Assembly: GCA_964605525.1 (NCBI GenBank)
Contig: CAZSCV010000007.1
Coordinates: 1-56,916, forward strand
DNA length: 56,916 nucleotides
DNA from: an uncultured Bdellovibrionales bacterium
Lineage (GTDB): Bacteria; Patescibacteriota; Minisyncoccia; Moranbacterales; UBA9337
Reading direction: 5' to 3'
The translations under genes were made by a program, and so were the position numbers. Below the pieces are notes generated by a model. That model had not been told where the DNA came from. It searched no databases and worked only from the letters and a program-made list of their open reading frames with translations. Shown piece after piece: positions 36,151 to 45,215 of this stretch. Positions within the stretch are counted from its first letter, which is position 1; each line of letters opens with the position of its first letter.

Positions 36151-36353
36151 TGGAATATGAAATTAAGAATAGAAATTTCATTAGCGGGCATTTATTAGGA
36201 TTTACGCATTTAAATAATTTTTGTATGGTTTTCCGAAAAAATATTTTTTTCTCCGGTCCTTTCGAGGGACACGGACAGCTACGAAAAAAACATTTTTTCG
36301 GAAAACCGGGAGCCTGGTTATTCAATCGCGTGAATCCTGATTTATAAAAAAAT

Positions 36354-37676
36354 ATGAAAGTTAAATCAAAATCGAAAAAAATTCAAATATTGGAAAAAAT
36401 TCTGCGTTTTTTAGCGCGAGCGGTTATTAATAAATATAACCCGAAAATTATCGGAATTACCGGTTCGGTTGGTAAAAGTTCTGCTAAAGAAGCAATTGCC
36501 TTGGTTTTGACTTCGAAATTTCGGGTGCGTAAAAGTGAGAAAAATTATAATAATGAAATTGGCATTCCACTGACTATTTTGGGTAGTGAAAGCGGAGAAA
36601 GTTCTTTTCTGGGATGGAGCAGAGTTTTTGCGAAAGGAATTTTCTTGCTTATTTTTCCTTGGGAATATCCGGAGATATTGGTTTTGGAAATGGCGGTAGA
36701 CCAGCCGGGAGATATGGATTATCTACTTTCTTTTGTTTCGCCGGATGTTGGCGTGATTACGAATATTTCAGCTAGTCATATGGAGTTTTTTGGCAGTGTG
36801 GAAAATATTGCCAAAGAAAAAGGGAAATTAATTAAGGGAATAAGAAACGGAGGAATGGCAATTATCAATGGAGATGATAGCGAAATTGTAAAAATTAAAA
36901 GGGACGCCCCTGTAAAATATATCGAATTTGGCTTTCAGGATAAATTGAAAGTGCAAGCAACAGATGCCAATTTTAATTATATAGATGGAAAAATTTCCGG
37001 AATCAGTTTCAAACTTAATTATCAAGGAAAAATTGTACCTTTCCGTTTGCCTCATATCCTTGCTTTTCATCAGATATATTCAATTTTGGCAGCAGTTTCC
37101 ATTGGAATGCAGTTTAAGATTAATTTGGTGGATATGGCGCAATCGCTGGAAAATTATTTTCCTCCCTGCGGAAGGATGAATTTGATTTCTGGCAAAAATG
37201 GAAGTAATATAATCGATGATACATACAACTCTTCGCCAGCTTCAGCGATAGCGGCGCTCAAGACTGTAGCGGGAACTTCGGCCAGCAGAAGGATTGCTGT
37301 TTTGGGGGATATGTTGGAACTGGGAAGCGAATCTGAATCCGGTCATTCTCGAGTGGCAGCAGAAGTTTTTTCTTCCGGAGTCGATTTGTTTTTTGCGGTG
37401 GGAAAAAGAATGGAAACAGCAGTTTCTGATTATTTGAAATCGGAAAAGAAAATTGAGGGCGATGAAAAAAAAGTTTTTTATTTTGACAATCCTTCTGTGA
37501 CTGCGATTGAATTGGAAAAAATAATCAAAAATGATGATTTGATTTTAGTGAAAGGCTCTCAATCGATGAGGATGGAAAAAGTTGTTGAGAATATTATGGA
37601 AAAACAATTTGATGCGCGCGAATTACTTTGCCGCCAATCAAAAGAATGGAGAAAAAAGCCATTCATTGAGCCATAA
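36354..37676 (+). CDS. murF: UDP-N-acetylmuramoyl-tripeptide--D-Ala-D-Ala ligase (MurF-like)
   Basis: GITGSVGKSSAKE, NNEIGIPLTIL, IDDTYNSSP, VLGDMLELG, VKGSQ. Confidence 0.88.
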   Translation: MKVKSKSKKIQILEKILRFLARAVINKYNPKIIGITGSVGKSSAKEAIALVLTSKFRVRKSEKNYNNEIGIPLTILGSESGESSFLGWSRVFAKGIFLLIFPWEYPEILVLEMAVDQPGDMDYLLSFVSPDVGVITNISASHMEFFGSVENIAKEKGKLIKGIRNGGMAIINGDDSEIVKIKRDAPVKYIEFGFQDKLKVQATDANFNYIDGKISGISFKLNYQGKIVPFRLPHILAFHQIYSILAAVSIGMQFKINLVDMAQSLENYFPPCGRMNLISGKNGSNIIDDTYNSSPASAIAALKTVAGTSASRRIAVLGDMLELGSESESGHSRVAAEVFSSGVDLFFAVGKRMETAVSDYLKSEKKIEGDEKKVFYFDNPSVTAIELEKIIKNDDLILVKGSQSMRMEKVVENIMEKQFDARELLCRQSKEWRKKPFIEP

Positions 37677-37682
37677 TCAGCC

Positions 37683-37691
37683 TGTGGATAA
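37683..37691 (-). promoter_or_regulatory. DnaA box downstream of murF
   Basis: TGTGGATAA. Confidence 0.4.
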
Positions 37692-37940
37692 CTTTTTAAT
37701 AATGTTGTTGACAGAAAGTCAATTCAGGTGTGAAATATAAGTAATAAGAAAAAAAGAGAGTAGGAGGCGGAGAAAACAAAAAATAAATTTGAATAGTCCA
37801 ATAAGCAAAGACGATGTACTTTGTAAACAAAAGACAGTTCCTGAGGGGGTTGTCTTTTGTTCGTTTCCAACTAGTTTTTTTTGAGGAGGTCGCTTTCAAT
37901 GAAAGTGATCAAACGAGAAAAATGAAAACGAGGGAAAAAA

Positions 37941-38072
37941 ATGATTACGAAAAAAAGAGCAATTCAAATTCTAATGTTGAGCCCGATTTATTTTCGCCTG
38001 TCGGTATCTCAACGACAGGAACTTGTAGTGGATTTTATCGCTACATGGAAAAAACCGTCTGTAATCAAGTAG
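37941..38072 (+). CDS. small protein (43 aa, MITKKRAIQILMLSPIYFRLSVSQRQELVVDFIATWKKPSVIK), not in the ORF track
   Basis: GAGGG SD before ATG 37941; amphipathic helical sequence; stop TAG at 38070-38072. Confidence 0.55.
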   Translation: MITKKRAIQILMLSPIYFRLSVSQRQELVVDFIATWKKPSVIK

Positions 38073-38342
38073 AGGAGAAAAAATGAAGATTACCGAATCT
38101 TCACTGCCCCGGAAATTTCTTTTTGTAAGTTTGAACTCAAGCTTACTTGTATAACAATACAACAAAAAAAGAAATTTCTCCGGGGCTTTTTATTTTTTTT
38201 TCAATCCGACATAATTCTACGGTCGTGGAATTATGTTAACTTTTTTTCATGCAAATGTTGGCGTTGATTCAAATTTTCCGGTAAATTACCGGCTTGATTT
38301 ATTTTATTTTTATTGCTAATATAACTTTTAGTGAAATATCTC

Positions 38343-38414
38343 GGCGCTATCGTCTAGCGGCTAGGACGCCAGGTTCTCATCCTGGTAACCGGGGTTCGAT
38401 TCCCCGTAGCGCTA
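38343..38414 (+). tRNA. tRNA-Glu(CTC)
   Basis: GGCGCTATCGTCTAGCGGCTAGGACG-CCAGG TT CTC AT CCTGG-TAACCGGGGTTCGATTCCCCGTAGCGCTA. Confidence 0.95.
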
Positions 38415-38489
38415 CAAAAAAATATGCATCAAGGGTTTCTTGCCTTAGCGGGCGACCATCAGTCAGGGTGGGATTCCCCGTAGCTACCG

Positions 38490-38531
38490 TCATTACAAAA
38501 AAACCAACCTTTTTGAGATTGGTTTTTTTGT
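38490..38531 (+). repeat. 42-bp direct repeat, left copy (terminator-like hairpin)
   Basis: tcattacaaaaaaaccaacctttttgagattggtttttttgt; 41/42 identical to 45052-45093. Confidence 0.9.
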
Positions 38532-38640
38532 GTTATAAATGTTGCAATATGAATTTTTTGATAAATATGTTAACCTAAGTAGGAAATTAAATTTACCACC
38601 ATTATGCGTAAGCAAATTAATTTTTTTTTCGTATAACTAA

Positions 38641-39216
38641 ATGGAGGGGCTGATATCCTACAGTGCAATGGACGACAACGAGCTGGTTGAAGCTTCAAAA
38701 AGTAATCCAGAAATTTTTGGCGAATTAATATTAAGATATCAAGAGCGTCTGTTTCGCTTTATCAGAAGAATTTCATATTTTTGCATTGAGGACATTGATG
38801 ATATTGTTCAAGAAACATTCATTAAGGCATACCGAAGTTTGAACATATTTGATACTGATTTGAAGTTTTCAACATGGATTTATCAAATTGCCAGAAATGC
38901 CACAATAGATGCTATACGAAAAAAACAGACTCGGCCACAGACAGTATGCCTAGAACAAGAGGATGTAATAAATTTTTTGCGGTCAGACGGTGGTGATATG
39001 CAGATTAATTTGGAAACAAAGGATCAGTTGAGGATCATTCAACGGATTATAAGCACATTGCCCCATAAATATCGTGAGGTGATGATTCTGCGTTTCTTGG
39101 AAGAAAAAAATTATGAGGAAATAATGGAGATTATTCAGAAGCCAAAAGGTACCGTGGCAGCATTAATAAATCGCGGAAGAAAAATTCTTTTTGATGAAAT
39201 AAAAAAAATAAAATAA
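38641..39216 (+). CDS. ECF (sigma-24-like) RNA polymerase sigma factor
   Basis: Region 2 DDIVQETFIKAY..FSTWIYQIARNATID; region 4 LPHKYREVMILRF..GTV..INRGR. Confidence 0.93.
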   Translation: MEGLISYSAMDDNELVEASKSNPEIFGELILRYQERLFRFIRRISYFCIEDIDDIVQETFIKAYRSLNIFDTDLKFSTWIYQIARNATIDAIRKKQTRPQTVCLEQEDVINFLRSDGGDMQINLETKDQLRIIQRIISTLPHKYREVMILRFLEEKNYEEIMEIIQKPKGTVAALINRGRKILFDEIKKIK

Positions 39217-39226
39217 CATAATATCT

Positions 39227-40009
39227 ATGAAAGATTTTTCAAAAATTATAGTTGAAAAAATTAAAGAGGCTCACATAATCCCTGAGTCAAGATTGAAGTT
39301 GCAGTGGAAGAGTTATCTTTTTTGGATTATTATGGCATGCTTTATTATTTTTGGGGCATTATCATTATCTATGGCGATTTTTAATATTATTGACATAGAT
39401 CCAAGATTTTTGAAATATTTAGGATTACAAAGACTTATAATGATACTTTTTATCACTGCCCCATATTTATGGATAGCATTATCATTATCAGCGCTTATTT
39501 TTGGAATTTTAGCTTTTAGAAAAACCGCTAAAGGATATCGTCGCAGCACCCTTTTCATAACTAGTCTTGTAGTGCTAATAATTTCAATTTTGGGCATACT
39601 TAGTCATATTCTAAAAATAAATAACCGCATGGACGGAGTGCTTTCAAAAAAGGCGCCAAATTTTAGGGATTTTACTGACCCAAGAGGCGCGCGATGGCAA
39701 AGACCTGGAGACGGACTAATTGGAGGAGAGATTACCAATATTAGCACGGACAGCTTTGATTTAAAAAGTTTTGATAATCAAGATTGGAAAATATATTACG
39801 ATCAAAAAACTGAAAGAGTTGATGATGTTCAAATTGCTAATGGTGAAAAAGTTGGTGTCATAGGAGAAAAAACCGGCGAATTTTTAATGCATGCGTTCTC
39901 GATAAGACAATTTCCTCCTGATTGGAATGGTCAACCTCTTCGTGGTCCAATGCCTCCGGGTCAAGACGGGCAATTTCCAAATGGCTTTCCGCCACCCCCG
40001 CCTTTTTAG
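39227..40009 (+). CDS. membrane protein, putative anti-sigma factor
   Basis: Directly after the ECF gene; three TM helices, a beta-rich (DUF5666-like) domain and a Pro-rich tail. Confidence 0.65.
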   Translation: MKDFSKIIVEKIKEAHIIPESRLKLQWKSYLFWIIMACFIIFGALSLSMAIFNIIDIDPRFLKYLGLQRLIMILFITAPYLWIALSLSALIFGILAFRKTAKGYRRSTLFITSLVVLIISILGILSHILKINNRMDGVLSKKAPNFRDFTDPRGARWQRPGDGLIGGEITNISTDSFDLKSFDNQDWKIYYDQKTERVDDVQIANGEKVGVIGEKTGEFLMHAFSIRQFPPDWNGQPLRGPMPPGQDGQFPNGFPPPPPF

Positions 40010-40207
40010 TTGGTATATTAGGAGTCATTATTTTTTATAAAGATCTTGCTATTTTGTGCAGGGTCTTTTTAGCATGACAATGCAAACCTTTTTTTAATTG
40101 TTCGTATTACTTTGTATAGGCATTCAAGGAGGGAGGGTGCTTATTTTATAAAATAATAACTCATATACCATCTTATTGTTATTGAAAGATGGGCATGGTC
40201 TAAAGTT

Positions 40208-40900
40208 ATGCAATTAAAACAAAGAAATAGTATCGCAATTTCGCTGGTTGCATTGGTGTCTTTTATTACTCCATCAGTTTCTTTGGCTGCGACTGGCATG
40301 GGAACACCAACTGTTGAGGATTGCGTTTCTAGGACTGGTCAAACTAAAGCACAATGTACAGAAATGATTAATAAATTTAAAAACATGTCTCCGAGTGATG
40401 CGGAAAATATGAAATTACCTTCGGGCGCAACAGAAAAACAAATGCCTAGCGAGGGAACAACTGGACAAATGCCTGCTTCAAAAAAGGGTGATGCATCATC
40501 AGTAAAGCCAAATAATGCTATTGATTCTAATCAGGTCGTAAGTGATATCGATGCAAAGATCGAAAGAGCTACTAGAATACGAGTTGAGAAAGAGCAGCAG
40601 TTTATTCAAGTAGAGAACAGAGTTGAAAAAATTATTGAATTTTTAAAGTCGAAAAATATAGGCACTACTGAAATAGAGAGCAATCTTGATATTTTCAAAA
40701 CTAAAGCTATATCCGTATTGGGTGCATTTGATGAATATGTCCAAGCCTTAAGTAGCAGTAAAACTGACATATCGGAAACTGCTCCTGCGGCAGTCCAAAG
40801 TACTCAAGCGCAAATTAAAATGACAATAACTGATTTGATTAATTCTTATGGTACGCTTCGAAATAGTTTGAGCGCTTCCATTGAAAAAATAACGCAATAA
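40208..40900 (+). CDS. secreted helical hypothetical protein
   Basis: Signal peptide; C-x10-C pair; coiled-coil C-terminal half. Confidence 0.75.
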   Translation: MQLKQRNSIAISLVALVSFITPSVSLAATGMGTPTVEDCVSRTGQTKAQCTEMINKFKNMSPSDAENMKLPSGATEKQMPSEGTTGQMPASKKGDASSVKPNNAIDSNQVVSDIDAKIERATRIRVEKEQQFIQVENRVEKIIEFLKSKNIGTTEIESNLDIFKTKAISVLGAFDEYVQALSSSKTDISETAPAAVQSTQAQIKMTITDLINSYGTLRNSLSASIEKITQ

Positions 40901-40901
40901 A

Positions 40902-41213
40902 ATGCAAATAAACATAAGTGAAAGAAACAAAAATAGACTATATCTAATATTTTTCATTATTTTTGTCATTATAATCATAGGTATTATTGCCTGGATTGAT
41001 CGACAAGAGGTGGATAAGAAAATTAATGAACAAGCAACGCTGATGTGCGCACAAAAAAACGCGATAAAGCAAGTTGATACGAATGATTCATTTGGCAATC
41101 AGCCAACTGATGCCAATGCCCCGATTAAAACCAAGAGCGAAGCAAATAACTCCCTTAAAAATGTTGATGACCTGATAAGTTCAGTCCAAGATGATGACCT
41201 ATTTGCACAATAA
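40902..41213 (+). CDS. membrane-anchored hypothetical protein
   Basis: Single TM; acidic C-terminus (NVDDLISSVQDDDLFAQ). Confidence 0.7.
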   Translation: MQINISERNKNRLYLIFFIIFVIIIIGIIAWIDRQEVDKKINEQATLMCAQKNAIKQVDTNDSFGNQPTDANAPIKTKSEANNSLKNVDDLISSVQDDDLFAQ

Positions 41214-41231
41214 TTTTTTTTATTAAACTTA

Positions 41232-42446
41232 ATGAAAACGAAGAAAAAGTATATTTTGATTGTTACAGTCCTTCTGATAATTGGCGGGGGTTATTATTGG
41301 TATAGTAAAAGTCAGTCAGGTAGCATGCAAATTCGGTATATAACCGCAACTGTTGAAAAAGGAAATTTAATGTCTTCAATTTCCGCCAGTGGAAATATCA
41401 CTGTTGATAATCAAGCAACTGTTGACCCGACGATTACGGGAACTGTAGCAGATTTAGCGGTGCAGGTTGGAGACTCGGTTATAAAAGACCAGTATCTTTT
41501 CAGCATCATCAATGATGATTTAAGCGTGAGCGTGGCCAAAGCGTCAGCTTCTTATGAATCCGCCAAGAATTCCTTGGAATCGGCAAAAATTGATGAAGAT
41601 AACGCCGAAGCGACATATGATAAAGCTAAAGACGCTGATGATGAAGATAATGATGCTTATACCAAAAAAGAACTTTCTGTTCTTAAGGATAAGATTGATT
41701 TAGCCGAAGCTAAGATTGTCCAATCTCAGAAGAGTTTGGACGCAAGTTTGGCGGATTATCGGAACACGCAATCTGAAGCTTTAAAAAGGAAGGTGACCGC
41801 TCCGATTGCGGGTACGATAAATGAGATAAATATCAAAAACGGAGATGATTTGAGTCGTACGTCTTCAAATAGCACGACCAACGCTCCAATCATTATCGGT
41901 GATTTAGAAACACTGAAGGCCTTAGTGGAAGTCAATGAGGTGGATATTTCCAAAATATCCATCGGACAGGAAGTAGCATTGAAATTTGACGCCCTGGATT
42001 CTTTGACAGTATCCGGAAAAGTGGAAAAAATTGACGCTCTGGGAGCAGTTGCGCAGGGGGTAGTTACATACAACGTGACCGTTGGATTGGATGTTTTAGA
42101 CGAAAGAATAAAACCGCAAATGAGCGTCACCGCTTCCATAATTTCAAACAGCAAGGAGGATGTTCTAATCATACCCACTAGCGCCATAACAACAGAAGGT
42201 GACAATTATTTTGTTGAAATTCTAAATAATGGGATGATTCCGCAAAAAATACAGGTTCAGATTGGAATGTCTAATGATACGCAGACGGAAATAACTAGTG
42301 GCTTGAATGTTGGCGACAAAGTAGTTACGCAAAAAATAGAATCATCTTCCTCCAGTTTGTCATCTGGCTCCTCTAATCAAAACAATAGTAGCGGTTTCGG
42401 TAGCATAATGGGCGGACCGCCAAGTGGCGGACCTTCTTCAAAATAA
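41232..42446 (+). CDS. MacA/HlyD-like periplasmic adaptor subunit
   Basis: N-terminal TM, ISASGNI, lipoyl halves VGDSV..APIAG, VNEVDISKI..GQ, GLNVGDKVV. Confidence 0.92.
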   Translation: MKTKKKYILIVTVLLIIGGGYYWYSKSQSGSMQIRYITATVEKGNLMSSISASGNITVDNQATVDPTITGTVADLAVQVGDSVIKDQYLFSIINDDLSVSVAKASASYESAKNSLESAKIDEDNAEATYDKAKDADDEDNDAYTKKELSVLKDKIDLAEAKIVQSQKSLDASLADYRNTQSEALKRKVTAPIAGTINEINIKNGDDLSRTSSNSTTNAPIIIGDLETLKALVEVNEVDISKISIGQEVALKFDALDSLTVSGKVEKIDALGAVAQGVVTYNVTVGLDVLDERIKPQMSVTASIISNSKEDVLIIPTSAITTEGDNYFVEILNNGMIPQKIQVQIGMSNDTQTEITSGLNVGDKVVTQKIESSSSSLSSGSSNQNNSSGFGSIMGGPPSGGPSSK

Positions 42447-42457
42447 AAGATACGACT

Positions 42458-43159
42458 ATGATTAAATGTGATAATCTCACAAAAATTTACAGAAATGGTG
42501 ATGTTGAAACTGTTGCCCTTGATAATGTTTCCTTCGAAATAAAAGAAGGCGAGTTTGTTTCGATAATCGGCCCGTCTGGCAGCGGAAAATCGACTCTCAT
42601 GCATATTTTAGGAGCGCTGGATAGTCCAACTTCCGGCAGATATTTTTTAGATGGTCAAGAAATATCTAAATTAGACGATGATGAGCTGGCCGATCTGCGA
42701 CGCAATAAAATCGGATTTATTTTTCAGTCTTTCAATCTTCTACCGAGAGCAACAGTAATTCGCAACGTTATGCTCCCATTGAATTATTCAGATGTTCCGT
42801 TAAAAAAACGCGAACAATTAGCCAGGGAAAAGTTAAGTCAGGCCGGAATGGAAGAAAGTAAATTTATGAATTTTTCTAATCAGCTATCCGGTGGACAAAT
42901 GCAGAGGGTGGCTATTGCCAGGGCACTGGTTAATAATCCGGCGATAATTTTGGCAGACGAACCAACTGGAAATCTTGATACTAAAACCAGCCAGGTTGTC
43001 ATGGAGGCCTTTCAAAAACTCAACCTGAAGGGGCATACTATAATTTTAATAACTCATGAAATGGATGTAGCTGATTATGCTAACAGGACAATTCACATTC
43101 GTGACGGCAAGATTGAAAAGGATGTGACTAATAAGCCCAATGATAAGCACTTACCATAA
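42458..43159 (+). CDS. ABC transporter ATP-binding protein (MacB/LolD type)
   Basis: GPSGSGKST, IGFIFQSFNLL, LSGGQMQRVAIARAL, LADEPTGNLD, ITH. Confidence 0.96.
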   Translation: MIKCDNLTKIYRNGDVETVALDNVSFEIKEGEFVSIIGPSGSGKSTLMHILGALDSPTSGRYFLDGQEISKLDDDELADLRRNKIGFIFQSFNLLPRATVIRNVMLPLNYSDVPLKKREQLAREKLSQAGMEESKFMNFSNQLSGGQMQRVAIARALVNNPAIILADEPTGNLDTKTSQVVMEAFQKLNLKGHTIILITHEMDVADYANRTIHIRDGKIEKDVTNKPNDKHLP

Positions 43160-43181
43160 AAATTTGATAAATTAACAAAAT

Positions 43182-44399
43182 ATGATAGTAGCTGATTTAT
43201 TCAGAGAAACAATTTGGTCGGTTTTGGGAAACAGGGTCCGCAGCAGCCTAACTATTTTGGGCATCGTCATTGGCATTGCTTCGGTTATAACGATGGTAGC
43301 TATTGGACAAGGATCAAAGAAGACAATTGAAGCCAGTATCGAATCAATTGGCTCTAACCTGATCAATGTTTCTCCAGGCGCGCAAAGAGGCATGTCCGTA
43401 AGTCAGGGAAGGGGCAGTGCACAAACACTGACTTTAGATGATGCTGATGCTATTAAAACCCAAGTTGAAAATATAAAAGCGCTGGCCCCGCAAATAGGCG
43501 CGAGTTTTCAAATAGTCGCTAAGGGTAATAATACTAATGTGCAAATTACTGGAACTACTCCGGAATATGCGGAAGTTAGAAATATAAAAATTGAAAATGG
43601 AAGTTTTTTTAATGAACTGCAAAATAAAACGATGGCCAAAGTGGCGGTCTTGGGTCCGGACACACGGGACGATTTGTTTGGTGAAAATGCTGACGCAGTG
43701 GGGCAGACTATTCGTATCAATGGAATGGAATTTTATGTGATTGGAATCACTGAGTCAAAAGGCGGATCTGGTTTCAATAACTCAGATGATGCCGCGTATG
43801 TTCCTTTTAATACTGTTAGGCACTATCTTTCCGGAAATGATTACATAAGTGGTATAAGCATTACTTCTGAAAGTCAGGATGTGATGACTTCTGTTCAAGA
43901 CCAAATAGAGAGCTTGTTACTGACACGGCATGGAATTTCCAATTCAGGAGAAGCAGATTTTAATGTCATGAATCAGAATGATATTATGCAAACGGCCAGC
44001 GATATTACCGGCACACTCACGCTTTTACTAGGCTCCATTGCCGGCATTTCGCTGTTGGTAGGTGGTATCGGGATTATGAATATGATGCTCACGACCGTAA
44101 CGGAACGCACACGCGAAATCGGTTTACGCAAGGCAGTGGGTACGAGAAAATTTAACATCTATATGCAATTTTTAGCTGAGGCGATAGTTCTAACTTTTTC
44201 CGGTGGCCTTATTGGGGTTCTTCTTGGATGGATGGCATCATTTTTGATATCGAAATTTGCTTCTACTGCAACTCAAGTATCCACCTGGTCTATTCTTCTG
44301 GCTTTTGGTGTTTCGGCGCTAGTTGGGGTAGTTTTTGGATTTTATCCGGCTCGTCGGGCAGCTAATTTAAGTCCCATCGAGGCATTGAGATATGAATAA
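43182..44399 (+). CDS. ABC transporter permease (MacB/FtsX-like)
   Basis: RSSLTILGIVIG, LLVGGIGIMNMM..VTERTREIGLRKAVG, YPARRAA..PIEALRYE. Confidence 0.95.
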   Translation: MIVADLFRETIWSVLGNRVRSSLTILGIVIGIASVITMVAIGQGSKKTIEASIESIGSNLINVSPGAQRGMSVSQGRGSAQTLTLDDADAIKTQVENIKALAPQIGASFQIVAKGNNTNVQITGTTPEYAEVRNIKIENGSFFNELQNKTMAKVAVLGPDTRDDLFGENADAVGQTIRINGMEFYVIGITESKGGSGFNNSDDAAYVPFNTVRHYLSGNDYISGISITSESQDVMTSVQDQIESLLLTRHGISNSGEADFNVMNQNDIMQTASDITGTLTLLLGSIAGISLLVGGIGIMNMMLTTVTERTREIGLRKAVGTRKFNIYMQFLAEAIVLTFSGGLIGVLLGWMASFLISKFASTATQVSTWSILLAFGVSALVGVVFGFYPARRAANLSPIEALRYE

Positions 44400-44448
44400 A
44401 AGTTTAATTTATCTATATATAACTGATTAATTATTAACAATAAAAAAA

Positions 44449-44820
44449 ATGAAGAAAAAAATTGCGATTATGGTGACATCCCTCTTAGTAGTTTTGGTTC
44501 TTGCTGGATGTAGTAATGAAAATTTTGGCAAAAACGATCAAAAAAATATTCCTGGAGCGGAACAAAGGCAGGATCCTCCAGCCGAATTATCATCTGCATG
44601 CCAAGGGAAAAACGAGGGTGATGGTTGCGAGGTAAGCATGCCACAAAGGGATAATAGCGGAAGCAGTAATAAGATTTCCGGAACATGCAAAAAGGCTCCG
44701 TCAGGAGATCAGCTATCTTGCATGCCTCAAGGCGGACAAGGAGCACCTGGTGGTTCCGGAAGGCAAGGCAGTTTCGGTAAATCTGATGATCAGGCGTCGA
44801 ACATAAATACAGAAAATTAG
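44449..44820 (+). CDS. lipoprotein with four-Cys domain
   Basis: Lipobox VLAGC; PPAELSSACQGKNEGDGC...GTC...LSCMP. Confidence 0.8.
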   Translation: MKKKIAIMVTSLLVVLVLAGCSNENFGKNDQKNIPGAEQRQDPPAELSSACQGKNEGDGCEVSMPQRDNSGSSNKISGTCKKAPSGDQLSCMPQGGQGAPGGSGRQGSFGKSDDQASNINTEN

Positions 44821-45051
44821 TTTTACTTACTAGAATCTCTGTCAAATATCTAAATGGGAATTAGAATAACTTAAGCGTGCGCGGTTGGGTAGGGTGGGAC
44901 AAATACGTTTACTTTATTATAAAATTTAGCATAGTTCCGTTTTTCGCCGTTTTGAATTTTCGAGCGGAAAGCGGAGTGAAAAACCTTTTCAAGAATTTTT
45001 TCCAAGAAAAGTTTTCCTGGAAAAAAGTTCAAGTTTCGGAGTATAAAGATA

Positions 45052-45093
45052 TCATTACAAAAAAACCAACCTTTTTGAGGTTGGTTTTTTTGT
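45052..45093 (+). repeat. 42-bp direct repeat, right copy
   Basis: tcattacaaaaaaaccaacctttttgaggttggtttttttgt. Confidence 0.9.
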
Positions 45094-45105
45094 TGGGAAT
45101 TTTCC

Positions 45106-45134
45106 TTGACAAATAACGTTTTTTTTGCTAGTCT
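45106..45134 (+). promoter_or_regulatory. sigma70 promoter for the surface-polysaccharide genes
   Basis: TTGACA-N17-TAGTCT. Confidence 0.6.
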
Positions 45135-45215
45135 GTCAAATCAATTCATAATAGTTTAAATTTTGTTTTTTCGAGTGTTTTTTGGGTAAAAAACGCCGGA
45201 AAATAAGCCAAAAAA

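Larger units (their letters stand above)
38490..45093. mobile_element. putative tRNA-Glu-associated island (ECF sigma + MacAB-type ABC system), no integrase
   Basis: Bracketed by 42-bp direct repeats, 75 bp downstream of tRNA-Glu; coherent eight-gene accessory module. Confidence 0.55.

Noticed and set aside
36147-36347. 66-aa ORF between ftsI and murF
   Set aside because: An ATGA overlap exists, but the sequence is Phe/Lys-biased with no motif; cannot be supported
37814-38086. 90-aa ORF from the track
   Set aside because: No SD; the overlapping 43-aa frame at 37941 has the SD and more protein-like sequence
38490-45093. Integron cassette array
   Set aside because: No intI and no attC-like GTTRRRY/RYYYAAC sites between the genes
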